DNA of 27,204 nucleotides from a virus (lineage: Duplodnaviria > Caudoviricetes), in the IMG/VR virus record IMGVR_UViG_3300026321_000017, positions 1 to 27,204 of that record; one strand, written 5' to 3'. Under the pieces are notes generated by a model, which saw only the letters and a program-made list of their open reading frames with translations, was not told the DNA's origin and ran no database searches. The position numbers and the translations under genes are program-made. Positions 1 to 7,767 of the stretch are shown in pieces. Within the stretch, counting starts at the first letter, position 1. Each line of letters starts with the position of its first letter.

Positions 1-51
1 AAACCTAGTTTGTATGTGGTCATCACCCAAGTAGTGGGGGGAGGAAGACAT
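1..51 (-). CDS. 5' part of a hypothetical protein that runs off the left end (probably joins 26497..27204)
   Basis: AGGAG RBS at 61-65, ATG at 51, 17 open codons (MSSSPHYLGDDHIQTRF); the frame continues without a stop into 27204->26497 if the ends are joined. Confidence 0.6.
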   Translation of the reverse strand, partial: MSSSPHYLGDDHIQTRF

Positions 52-113
52 ATCTAAAAACTCCTATTACTTATTGACTTGTTTGTGCATGATTTAGGTT
101 CATGCAACCAATC

Positions 114-302
114 TCATAGAACCTCCCTTTTAGACAAAAAGTCATCACATTCACTACACCTCAACAACTCACGAGTCACCGCAGACTCAGGACTGTGACA
201 TCTGTCACAGTCCTCCACAACGGTACTTGCGTCATAATTAACTGACGCAACCGCACAATCACGGTTGTTGCAGAAAAGGGTCACCAAGGTTATTACTGTC
301 AT
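114..302 (-). CDS. small Cys-rich (putative zinc-binding) protein, 62 aa
   Basis: Start moved to the ATG at 302 after AAGGAG; CxxxxC, CxxC and CxxC motifs; directly downstream of promoter 345-374. Confidence 0.6.
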   Translation of the reverse strand: MTVITLVTLFCNNRDCAVASVNYDASTVVEDCDRCHSPESAVTRELLRCSECDDFLSKREVL

Positions 303-344
303 TTCAAAACTCCTTTTTTTCATTTCTTAACTTAACCTGAAAAG

Positions 345-374
345 ATTCTAGCATGGTTTATTTACATATGTCAA
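345..374 (-). promoter_or_regulatory. sigma70-type promoter with conserved TTGACATATGTAAA box
   Basis: TTGACA-N18-TAGAAT with a TG extended -10. Confidence 0.8.
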
Positions 375-377
375 TAC

Positions 378-620
378 TTATTTAATTAACCTGTATTTCC
401 CATTGGTTCTTTGCTCAATCCATATTTGAATATTGTCATCATTAAGATTGGTCTTCCAGTTCTTAGCATCTCTAATGGCTTGGTTGTTCCTTCCAGTAAA
501 TCCTGCATCCCCAACCTGATTACCTTCAATATCTTTTAATTGGATTGTCCAAATTTCAGCCTCATTGTTCCACCAGATATCAATCCAACTTACTTTGGCT
601 TGATGAATATTTATTGCCAT
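378..620 (-). CDS. hypothetical protein, 80 aa (MAINIHQ...)
   Basis: AGGAG upstream of the ATG at 620; the longer track ORF to 770 would run through a promoter and a terminator. Confidence 0.7.
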   Translation of the reverse strand: MAINIHQAKVSWIDIWWNNEAEIWTIQLKDIEGNQVGDAGFTGRNNQAIRDAKNWKTNLNDDNIQIWIEQRTNGKYRLIK

Positions 621-649
621 TTCTAAACTCCTGAACTTAATGTAAGTAC

Positions 650-679
650 ATCTTAATCTATACAGTTTACATATGTCAA
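650..679 (-). promoter_or_regulatory. sigma70-type promoter with conserved box
   Basis: TTGACA-N18-TAAGAT; TTGACATATGTAAA at 666-679. Confidence 0.8.
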
Positions 680-689
680 GCAGTTCTTG

Positions 690-734
690 AAAAGAAAAAG
701 GACTAGGGGAAGAAAAGGCTAAAACCCCTAGCCC
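690..734 (-). terminator. intrinsic terminator ending the replication operon
   Basis: GGGCTAGGGG...CCCCTAGTCC stem followed by TTTTTCTTTT on the minus strand. Confidence 0.75.
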
Positions 735-782
735 TAAAACAAGCCACATGGGGTTGGAAGGAGTTAGCAAACCTACCCATGT
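734..782 (-). ncRNA. candidate 3'-UTR-derived antisense/small RNA
   Basis: ACATGGG...CCCATGT stem enclosing the anti-SD TTGCTAACTCCTT, followed by GCTTGTTTTAG; both segments are complementary to the leader at 23691-23736. Confidence 0.4.
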
Positions 783-800
783 ATATCCATGGTACTCTAC

Positions 801-1112
801 CTATTGGAGCAACTCAATCTCCTGAATTAAAAAGGCTCTTGCCTTACTCCCCTTGGTATAGACCTTGACCACGCCGCCTTGGAGTTTCTCAGACTCTGTG
901 GCGGCTTGCTCCAGTTGCCCTAAAGCCTTTTTGAGCCATACTGGAACTGATGTCTGTGTACTCTTAACTTCATAAACATGTGTAGCATTTTCTACATCTG
1001 TGTGGGGTCTGGATTTATCCAGATTCCTCACACCTCCAACTGATGCGGCTACTCTTCTTTCATAAGACTTTCCCCTGTTTCTATTGTTAGCATTTCTTTT
1101 TTTAATATTCAT
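801..1112 (-). CDS. PD-(D/E)XK nuclease, Holliday junction resolvase (Hjc)-like
   Basis: RGKSYERRVA...DVE...YEVKS motif pattern; 103 aa; follows the helicase. Confidence 0.65.
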   Translation of the reverse strand: MNIKKRNANNRNRGKSYERRVAASVGGVRNLDKSRPHTDVENATHVYEVKSTQTSVPVWLKKALGQLEQAATESEKLQGGVVKVYTKGSKARAFLIQEIELLQ

Positions 1113-2416
1113 TAGAATCCCTCATACCTCCATCTTGCCTGTCCACTCTCATCAGTAAAGGACTTGAAGTCATCATGTCTGCTTAATGATGTCTGCAAGG
1201 AATCCAACTTGTCATAATGGATAGCCTGTCCAATCTCTTTAGTGGTCAAGCCACCATCCTGTTCCAGAATTGCCACTATGTCAGCGTCTGCACCCCCTGT
1301 ATAGAGGTTTATTACCTGCTTGGGGATAGATTCCCCTCTGCTCAATGAACTCTTCTTAATATCAATGTTTTCCACACTTATAAGAGATGGTTCATAAGTA
1401 ACCCTGAAAGCCTTGGGGTCTAATAATTTCCCCACATTGGTTTTCCTGTGATGCAGTGCAATCTCCATGTAGTTCCCATCAGTGTTTGGGGCTTTCTTTA
1501 ATTCAAAAGTATTTCTTGGCATATTAGTCCAGTAAACACTTCCAAACGGATTCCCATTGCTTCCAACCTTGGTGACATGAGCCAGTGTTAATGTGGTCAA
1601 TGGTTGCTCTGAATCAGTTAAACTTCTCAGGGCATTAAAGAACTTTAAAGTGGAATTTGCGTTCTCTGGTTCTCCACCACATGCAGGCCCTGCTGAATCA
1701 ATCAGAAGGAACTTAATGTCTAGGTCTGCAATCTGATTTTTAAGGCTCTCCACATCCTGATATAGAGGAGCAGAGCAATATCTGTAGTAAACCATCCTGC
1801 TTCCATTGCCAAGCCCATTTACTATGTCCCTGCTTCTTCTGTATGTCTCTTCCCATGAAGTCTCATAGTCCAGTACCAGAGCATTGCCCTGAATTACTCC
1901 AAAACTATTCTCCACTCCATGTCCATTATGAACTCCTGTAGCAATTGATAATCCTATTAAAGATTTACCAATTCCCCCATCTCCAAATATGAGAGAAGGT
2001 GTTCCCTGATAACAAAGCCCTGTGACCATCTCTGGCGGCTGTTCTGGGCTTGTCCTGTCATTAAGGTCAAGGACAGGCTCTCCTGCTCTTTCAATCTCCA
2101 AGACCATCTTGGCAACTTGAAGAAACCTCTGCTTCCATTCTTCTTTGGAACGCTCTGACACATCACCCAATTCTGTGATGATGCTTCTGGGTGACCTGTT
2201 CAGAGTCCATTTCATGGGACTCAGAAGATATGCTCCCCCAAAATTCATAAAGTCTTCTATTTGAATTTCACAGTTCGGGTCACCCCCTCTGGAAGTTTCC
2301 ACCCTGTCCAGAGTCCACTTCATGTCTGGGGAATCTATGTCCCCCCAGATGACCTCATATCGTGTGCCTACTTTTATTATTTCAGGGGTAGACAACCCTC
2401 CATCATAATCATTCAA
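1112..2416 (-). CDS. AAA/RecA-fold replicative helicase (RepA/AAA_25-like) with possible C-terminal HTH
   Basis: Walker A GDGGIGKS, LVLDYE, Walker B LLIDS, LAHVTK and PFGS motifs. Confidence 0.8.
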   Translation of the reverse strand: MNDYDGGLSTPEIIKVGTRYEVIWGDIDSPDMKWTLDRVETSRGGDPNCEIQIEDFMNFGGAYLLSPMKWTLNRSPRSIITELGDVSERSKEEWKQRFLQVAKMVLEIERAGEPVLDLNDRTSPEQPPEMVTGLCYQGTPSLIFGDGGIGKSLIGLSIATGVHNGHGVENSFGVIQGNALVLDYETSWEETYRRSRDIVNGLGNGSRMVYYRYCSAPLYQDVESLKNQIADLDIKFLLIDSAGPACGGEPENANSTLKFFNALRSLTDSEQPLTTLTLAHVTKVGSNGNPFGSVYWTNMPRNTFELKKAPNTDGNYMEIALHHRKTNVGKLLDPKAFRVTYEPSLISVENIDIKKSSLSRGESIPKQVINLYTGGADADIVAILEQDGGLTTKEIGQAIHYDKLDSLQTSLSRHDDFKSFTDESGQARWRYEGF

Positions 2417-2645
2417 AACTAACTCCTTTTTTAATCGGTCTATTCTCTACTTTCTCAGGATAACTTCCTGAAGAAGCAAGCCTTTCCATAAATCCAATCA
2501 TGTCTCTGGTGTTGACAAAAATCTGGTTGGACTCATCCATTGTCTTCTTTAGCATGAGAAGTGTCTTTTTATGCTCCTCATGCTCAAACTGATATGCCTT
2601 TTTCCATTGCTTTGCTTCAGGGCAAAGGTCCCCCTCATCTACCAC
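2409..2645 (-). CDS. hypothetical protein
   Basis: 78 aa; overlaps both neighbours, consistent with translational coupling. Confidence 0.6.
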   Translation of the reverse strand: MVDEGDLCPEAKQWKKAYQFEHEEHKKTLLMLKKTMDESNQIFVNTRDMIGFMERLASSGSYPEKVENRPIKKGVSFE

Positions 2646-3586
2646 GGCAAATCTCCTCCTTCCTGAATCTTATATTCTGATTCAACCCAGAGGCAAAAAT
2701 CAACCCATTCTGCTCCCTCTGCTTTCATCCAGTCATCTGCACTGGCATGGTCTGTTCCCTTCAAGGCTTCAGTGACAAAAGACACTGGGATACCCTTACT
2801 TTCAAACCACTCTTTTGCATCCACTTTGTTATGGACGCTTGGAATATCTGCCTCTTTTTGTTCCTGAGAAGCAGGTATAACATCTGGTATAACAACTGGT
2901 TCTGTTATACCCCAAGAAGCCATTGCTCCCTGAATATCAGAGAACAGGGCAAAGGTTTTGGAATTCAAACGGTGTGCAATTATATCTGCTATATCTTCCC
3001 AGTTATCCCCACTGTCAGACATAGCCTGCATAACTGCGGTTCTTTCATTCCGCATGATTTCCTCACTCATCTTGGCTATCTTCCCTGCATCTACAGGAAA
3101 GACGCTCTTTGGGGCTTGTGGGACGCTTACTGAAGCAGTTGGGGCAACTGGCTCTGCCGTTGCGTAGGCTGTTCCATTAACTCCATCTAAAACAATGCCA
3201 TCAATGTTCCAGTTGTAGTTATAATCCCTTGCAGGGTCTTTGACTGGTCTTCCATTGCAGTCTTCTTGGCATCTCTCATTCTTCTGCCAATCATGGGTGG
3301 TACACCCTGCTATTTTTAAATCTCCCCTTGTCATTGTGACAGTGGCATTTCTAATATCATGAGAACCATCTGTGCAGTTCTCTCTTGTCCATCCCCCTGC
3401 TTTCACACAGCCAGATAACCTGTCCAGAATATTTTTGGTGTCTTCTGCCATGTTTATCTTAACCATGGTGTAGTTGTTGTCTACGAACCCCGATATGGCA
3501 GGGACTTTCATCCCAATGGTGTAGACATATTTATTTGTATCTTTGAGGTAATGCACCTCTGCTTCATATTGTTCTGGCAATTTCAC
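2639..3586 (-). CDS. hypothetical replication/recombination-associated protein with acidic ...GDLPW tail
   Basis: 315-aa ORF upstream of the helicase; AGGAG near the start; C-terminus resembles an SSB tail. Confidence 0.6.
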   Translation of the reverse strand: MKLPEQYEAEVHYLKDTNKYVYTIGMKVPAISGFVDNNYTMVKINMAEDTKNILDRLSGCVKAGGWTRENCTDGSHDIRNATVTMTRGDLKIAGCTTHDWQKNERCQEDCNGRPVKDPARDYNYNWNIDGIVLDGVNGTAYATAEPVAPTASVSVPQAPKSVFPVDAGKIAKMSEEIMRNERTAVMQAMSDSGDNWEDIADIIAHRLNSKTFALFSDIQGAMASWGITEPVVIPDVIPASQEQKEADIPSVHNKVDAKEWFESKGIPVSFVTEALKGTDHASADDWMKAEGAEWVDFCLWVESEYKIQEGGDLPW

Positions 3587-3594
3587 TCCTTTTT

Positions 3595-3888
3595 TTAATA
3601 TTTACTTTCTTTAACATATGGGTCTACTTCTATTAACTTGCCGTCTACATCTCTTGTATGGCCCTTGACCCAATGTTTGGTTACTGTCATCTCAAATGGT
3701 TTTGGAATCATCCAGACTTGGCTTCCAGATACGACAGGGGAAAAAGCCTTTTCACATTCTCCTAATCTGCCCTGTAGTAAAAGTTGATGAATCCTTTGTC
3801 TGGAAATCCCAAAGTGTTTTCCACATTCCTTCATAGTCCCCCAGTTGTCTGGGTTGTATGTGTCTATGTGTTTTAACTGTTCTTGCAT
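3595..3888 (-). CDS. helix-turn-helix DNA-binding protein
   Basis: TMKECGKHFGISRQRIHQLLLQGRL is an HTH-like motif; first gene after promoter 3953-3982. Confidence 0.7.
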   Translation of the reverse strand: MQEQLKHIDTYNPDNWGTMKECGKHFGISRQRIHQLLLQGRLGECEKAFSPVVSGSQVWMIPKPFEMTVTKHWVKGHTRDVDGKLIEVDPYVKESKY

Positions 3889-3934
3889 ATTGTTGTCATT
3901 AGCACCTCCTTTATAGATTTAACTCCTTTCGCCT

Positions 3935-3948
3935 TTTACGTATGTAAA
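3935..3948. promoter_or_regulatory. extra operator-like near-palindrome TTTACGTATGTAAA
   Basis: Variant of the promoter box located just downstream of the -10 element, upstream of the HTH gene. Confidence 0.5.
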
Positions 3949-3952
3949 GGGA

Positions 3953-3982
3953 ATGTTAATTCATCCCCTTTACCTATGTCAA
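3953..3982 (-). promoter_or_regulatory. sigma70-type promoter with variant box TTGACATAGGTAAA
   Basis: TTGACA-N18-TAACAT. Confidence 0.7.
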
Positions 3983-3987
3983 CCTAA

Positions 3988-4269
3988 TCACCAAGTAATA
4001 TCAAATCTTTGCTCATCCCAAAGCGATACAAGGTCACCAACCCTTTTAATAGCTTGCTCTAGGGTGATAACTGGAGAATAGCTTCCTTCCCAGTCTCCTG
4101 TGCCAGTAAGCAGTTCCTTTATATCTGAATCTTCCATAGTTTCAATGACAAAATCCCATCCACCTTCCTCTTCATAATGAAGGTAAGCATGAGCCTTAAC
4201 CTTTTCCACTAATTCATCAATAGTGGGGTCTTCATTCCACCTATCAGTTCTTTGCAGTTCTACAGACAT
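3988..4269 (-). CDS. acidic hypothetical protein, 93 aa
   Basis: Start moved to the ATG at 4269 after AAGGAG and the leader hairpin. Confidence 0.7.
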   Translation of the reverse strand: MSVELQRTDRWNEDPTIDELVEKVKAHAYLHYEEEGGWDFVIETMEDSDIKELLTGTGDWEGSYSPVITLEQAIKRVGDLVSLWDEQRFDITW

Positions 4270-4275
4270 ATCCGT

Positions 4276-4316
4276 TCTCCTTTTTAGTAGGGGGCTTTCG
4301 CCCCCCTGCTTGTTTA
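4276..4316 (-). repeat. conserved leader: AAACAAGCA-GGGGGGC(GAAA)GCCCCCT-AAGGAG
   Basis: Near-identical to 23934-23975; similar to 23691-23736. Confidence 0.8.
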
Positions 4317-4655
4317 TTACCAAGGTAAATCTTCATCCTCATCTTCTTGTTTAGGTTCTGGAAGTTCTGCCCAAAATACTTGATGAACTCCTAGTTCATT
4401 AAGATGAGCCATATCTTCTTTTATTCGGTCTATTTCTTGGGATAGTTCCCCTATTTGGAGATGAGGCCCACATTCAAAATCCCAAGAACTGCCATGGGCT
4501 GTGATTGTTCCTCCATCAAATGGGTCTACAAATCGGGTGCAAGGCTCTTCTTTTAGGGTTTCTATTTTTGCTTCTGCCCAATTCAGTTCTTCTTGCAAAC
4601 AATAATTCTGAGTAAGAACTTTTACTTGAAGCTGTTTGATTGTTAGTTCTGGCAT
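4317..4655 (-). CDS. hypothetical protein with acidic DEDEDLPW C-terminus
   Basis: AAGGAG RBS; first gene after promoter 4731-4759. Confidence 0.7.
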   Translation of the reverse strand: MPELTIKQLQVKVLTQNYCLQEELNWAEAKIETLKEEPCTRFVDPFDGGTITAHGSSWDFECGPHLQIGELSQEIDRIKEDMAHLNELGVHQVFWAELPEPKQEDEDEDLPW

Positions 4656-4730
4656 TTTTTAACTCCTTGGGTCTGGTTTCGCTTAGTGCTTTTCTAATCC
4701 CAGACCCATGACTTGTTTGTTTATGTGTAC

Positions 4731-4759
4731 ATAGTAGACATGTTCTTTACATATGTCAA
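4731..4759 (-). promoter_or_regulatory. sigma70-type promoter with conserved box
   Basis: TTGACA-N17-TACTAT; TTGACATATGTAAA at 4746-4759. Confidence 0.8.
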
Positions 4760-4812
4760 GTAGTAATTCCATACATCAATGTTCATCAATGTATTCTTAG
4801 GGTATTAAGAGG

Positions 4813-4859
4813 TATAACATAACACCCCTTATAGGAATAAGGGGATGTTATGTCTTAAT
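4813..4859. repeat. long inverted repeat, copy 1
   Basis: TATAACATAACACCCC-ttataggaataa-GGGGATGTTATGTCTTAAT; second copy at 26424-26472. Confidence 0.8.
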
Positions 4860-5031
4860 TACCATCTGAAGTAATAACATCCTTAGAAAGAGCAATAATG
4901 CCTGCGGCACATACTCCAGATATTTCATTCATGTTATGAAAAATACCAAGGATTCCTGTAATCCCCAATACTATAATTGCCGTTAAAACTTGTGGTCTTA
5001 TGTGAATAATTTCCCACCATCTTTTAGGCAT
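4855..5031 (-). CDS. small two-TM membrane protein, possible holin, 58 aa
   Basis: AGGAGG RBS before the ATG at 5031; two hydrophobic stretches; last gene of the late block. Confidence 0.5.
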   Translation of the reverse strand: MPKRWWEIIHIRPQVLTAIIVLGITGILGIFHNMNEISGVCAAGIIALSKDVITSDGN

Positions 5032-5314
5032 AATAATCCTCCTGCATACACTTGAAGTGCCATGCCATATTAGCACCTTCCCAATGGATGTAATCTCCTG
5101 CTTTTATGTCTCCGCATCCTGTTACATATGCGTAATAGCAATCGCTATCGAACTTAGCAGTTAACTGAATTAATTTTTTTGGCGGCTTTCTTTTTCTAGG
5201 TTTTTCTTTAACAGGTTCTGGTATCTTTATCCTGCTAGGTTCAACCCATTGGAACGTAACCGTTCTTTGTCCACCTTTGCCATGTGCCTTCACAGTTTCT
5301 GTTTCTCCCTCCAC
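5024..5314 (-). CDS. hypothetical protein with Cys/His zinc-finger-like C-terminus (start uncertain)
   Basis: AKFDSDC...GCGDIKAGDYIHW...WHFKC. Confidence 0.5.
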   Translation of the reverse strand: MEGETETVKAHGKGGQRTVTFQWVEPSRIKIPEPVKEKPRKRKPPKKLIQLTAKFDSDCYYAYVTGCGDIKAGDYIHWEGANMAWHFKCMQEDYYA

Positions 5315-5708
5315 AATCGCATCCTGTTTCTAATGTCCATTCCCCAAATTCATTCTTACTTCCACCAAAGTATGGTCTTGCATGTCCCTCTGCAATAAGC
5401 ATGGAATTTAGAGACACTTCTGAGTCCATGGGGTATAAGTCCCCCAGAATCCTTCCAAACTTCCCTTTGCCCTCCTTAGAGGTCTTTAAATAGATGTTCC
5501 CCCTGTGCATGGCACATAATTCTTTCAATCTATCCTTGCTTGCCATTCCCAGTATTTTTTCTTTCTTGTTTCTGGTTCTAGACTCTGGAGTATCAATCCC
5601 CATAAGCCTGATTCTATCCCTGTAGATAATGTCAAAACCTAAGTCCAGTTCTGCATCTACAGTGTCCCCATCAACTACTCTTGTAATCTTCACTCTATAA
5701 TCAAACAT
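5241..5708 (-). CDS. thermonuclease (SNase-family) protein
   Basis: VVDGDTV, RIRLMGIDTPE and GKFGRILG motifs. Confidence 0.85.
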   Translation of the reverse strand: MFDYRVKITRVVDGDTVDAELDLGFDIIYRDRIRLMGIDTPESRTRNKKEKILGMASKDRLKELCAMHRGNIYLKTSKEGKGKFGRILGDLYPMDSEVSLNSMLIAEGHARPYFGGSKNEFGEWTLETGCDCGGRNRNCEGTWQRWTKNGYVPMG

Positions 5709-5868
5709 ATGAACTCACCTTGGTATTACATGCTTTGCACAATCCTTTTAATTGCCTTCTACCGTTATCTAAATGAACATAAGTGACTTCAGTAACTGAC
5801 TGAAGTCTTTTACATTTAAAACAATATCCCTTTTTAGGCTTAAACATGCTAGTAATCCAATTAAACAT
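5701..5868 (-). CDS. zinc-ribbon protein, DUF5679-like, 55 aa (below the ORF-track cutoff)
   Basis: Manual translation MFNWITSMFKPKKGYCFKCKRLQSVTEVTYVHLDNGRRQLKGLCKACNTKVSSYV; YCxKC...NGR...G.C..C.TK pattern. Confidence 0.7.
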   Translation of the reverse strand: MFNWITSMFKPKKGYCFKCKRLQSVTEVTYVHLDNGRRQLKGLCKACNTKVSSYV

Positions 5869-5876
5869 AGCTATCT

Positions 5877-7232
5877 TTATGGATTCGCAAGCTGTGTTGC
5901 AGGCTCAGTAAAGTTTAGTTCAAAGTTATCTATTAAACTCCAGTTACGAGATGTGGTGGTATTTAATATCTTGAAATCCTTAGTAGATAAATTATTATCA
6001 TGACCTACTTCATTCTCTAATATCTTCAAGACTCCGATGTCCAAATTTTTAAATATACACGGGCCCCCCTTGCTAAAAATATTTGATAAATTTAATGTGC
6101 CGATAGTTCCATTTACCCCACTTGTGCCTGCTATGATGAGCAACCTGTCAAAAGTACCTCCAGAAGTATTCATATTTTCACTGCTATGAGAGCCTGAAAG
6201 CTGTGTCCTGCGTGGGGCTGTGCCTGCTGTTTGATAAATACTCAGGCCATCAGCCACATTGAAATGGACTTCAGTCGTATGGATATCTGAATCTTCTAGC
6301 TGAAAAATCTTGCATCTCGATTTTGAGACTGTCATTTCGCCTATCCGTATTCTAGTGGCTACCTGTGCAGGAGTGTCTCCTGATGCGGCAATAGCAGGGA
6401 TTCCAGTAACCAATATTGCAGGGCATTTTGCATTTCCAGATTTGGCAGGATTTGTGGCATCGCAAACACTTGGAATAACAGAAGTGTTTCCTGCGTCTGA
6501 CCCTGCACTTCCTTTATAGATTTCACCAATGCTTATGTCATCTAATTTAATCTCTCTAACAGGAATTGCCCCCAAAGAAATAGCCAATGTATTTTCTTCA
6601 CTTAAAGCCTGCATTATTGGAGAAGGTAAGTCCTTGGTATTTAATGCTAGAGGAACATCACTGGGAGCATCATAAACCCCCGAATCTGAATTTGAGAATG
6701 ACTTGGACTGTGTGACCTCATTAACGGTCACCGCTGTTGTTGCGGTACTTCCTGCCACCAATAGCCCTATGGCCATTTGTGGACTTAGGCCCATAAATCG
6801 CAAGGCTGAATAAGGTGATTTTGCGATATTAAAAGCCCTTCTCCACTTGGCAGATTCACCATTAAGATATTCAATCTTGGCAAAGAGCCAATCACGCCAT
6901 GAACAGACTTTGCGGTATGCAGAGAGAACCTTACGAGGAAAGGCTTTGATATTTCTACGAGATTCGGGCTGTAGAAGCCCCATAGAGAGGAGTACGAAAG
7001 AGGTTGGCAGTGTTACTAACCAATTGGCGTTTAACGTCTCGATTACGCCACTTAGGTAAATGAGAGAAGGCTGAATCCAACATCCAACATAATCAATACA
7101 GGGAACAGTGTAAGGAATCCAATTTAGAGGATTAAAATAACTTAATATCAGTCCAACAATTCCCACCAGTATTAAGGAGATTGTCAAAGCAATCGCCATT
7201 ACTGTTGAAACTTTCATTTTCAACATGTCCAT
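5877..7232 (-). CDS. membrane-anchored hypothetical protein, 451 aa
   Basis: Several N-terminal hydrophobic segments and a Ser/Thr/Gly-rich, probably beta-rich C-terminal region. Confidence 0.7.
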   Translation of the reverse strand: MDMLKMKVSTVMAIALTISLILVGIVGLILSYFNPLNWIPYTVPCIDYVGCWIQPSLIYLSGVIETLNANWLVTLPTSFVLLSMGLLQPESRRNIKAFPRKVLSAYRKVCSWRDWLFAKIEYLNGESAKWRRAFNIAKSPYSALRFMGLSPQMAIGLLVAGSTATTAVTVNEVTQSKSFSNSDSGVYDAPSDVPLALNTKDLPSPIMQALSEENTLAISLGAIPVREIKLDDISIGEIYKGSAGSDAGNTSVIPSVCDATNPAKSGNAKCPAILVTGIPAIAASGDTPAQVATRIRIGEMTVSKSRCKIFQLEDSDIHTTEVHFNVADGLSIYQTAGTAPRRTQLSGSHSSENMNTSGGTFDRLLIIAGTSGVNGTIGTLNLSNIFSKGGPCIFKNLDIGVLKILENEVGHDNNLSTKDFKILNTTTSRNWSLIDNFELNFTEPATQLANP

Positions 7233-7567
7233 TAATTGCCTCCGTAATTTCCGTATTGTCTATTGTCTCCATATCCACTCTGGCCCAAATCTTTTAGTAC
7301 CTCATTGAAGCTAGAGTGGTCTGACATAATAGACCTCATTTCATTTTCTATAATGGCCTGTTTCTTCTCAATATCATCTAAACGGTTATCAAAGTCCTCC
7401 ATGGATTCTATAAGGGCAGTATCATCAAATACTTCAAGGCTTTCTATAGCAACAGTATTATTAGTTACTGTGGAATCAAGTTGGGCAATGTACCAAATCA
7501 TTCCAAATGCTTGGGCAACGATTGCAACAATAATTCCAATCATTACCTTCATGTTCTTGAAGTCCAT
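7232..7567 (-). CDS. TM plus coiled-coil protein
   Basis: N-terminal TM (VMIGIIVAIVAQAFGMIWYI) followed by a heptad-like region. Confidence 0.7.
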   Translation of the reverse strand: MDFKNMKVMIGIIVAIVAQAFGMIWYIAQLDSTVTNNTVAIESLEVFDDTALIESMEDFDNRLDDIEKKQAIIENEMRSIMSDHSSFNEVLKDLGQSGYGDNRQYGNYGGN

Positions 7568-7756
7568 TTATGGGCCGCCATCTCTTATGTGTCTGACTAA
7601 TAAATATGCAGTTATTGCCAATCCAGTTAGACCTATTCCTAATCCGTAGCCTGCTAATCTTTTGCTCATCTTTTCATCCTTCTGCATTCTTTCAATTCTT
7701 CTTTTTAGGTCATCCAACTGGTTGAGCAAAAAGCTGACATCGCTGTCCTTGCTCAT
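7568..7756 (-). CDS. coiled-coil plus C-terminal TM protein
   Basis: 62 aa; GLGIGLTGLAITAYLLV segment; AGGA RBS. Confidence 0.65.
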   Translation of the reverse strand: MSKDSDVSFLLNQLDDLKRRIERMQKDEKMSKRLAGYGLGIGLTGLAITAYLLVRHIRDGGP

Positions 7757-7767
7757 TTTTTATTTCC

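Noticed and set aside
621-770. N-terminal extension of ORF 378..770
   Set aside because: It overlaps a promoter and a terminator; the ATG at 620 has a proper RBS.
4774-4792. Short tandem CATCAATGT x2
   Set aside because: Only two 9-nt copies, which is compatible with chance.
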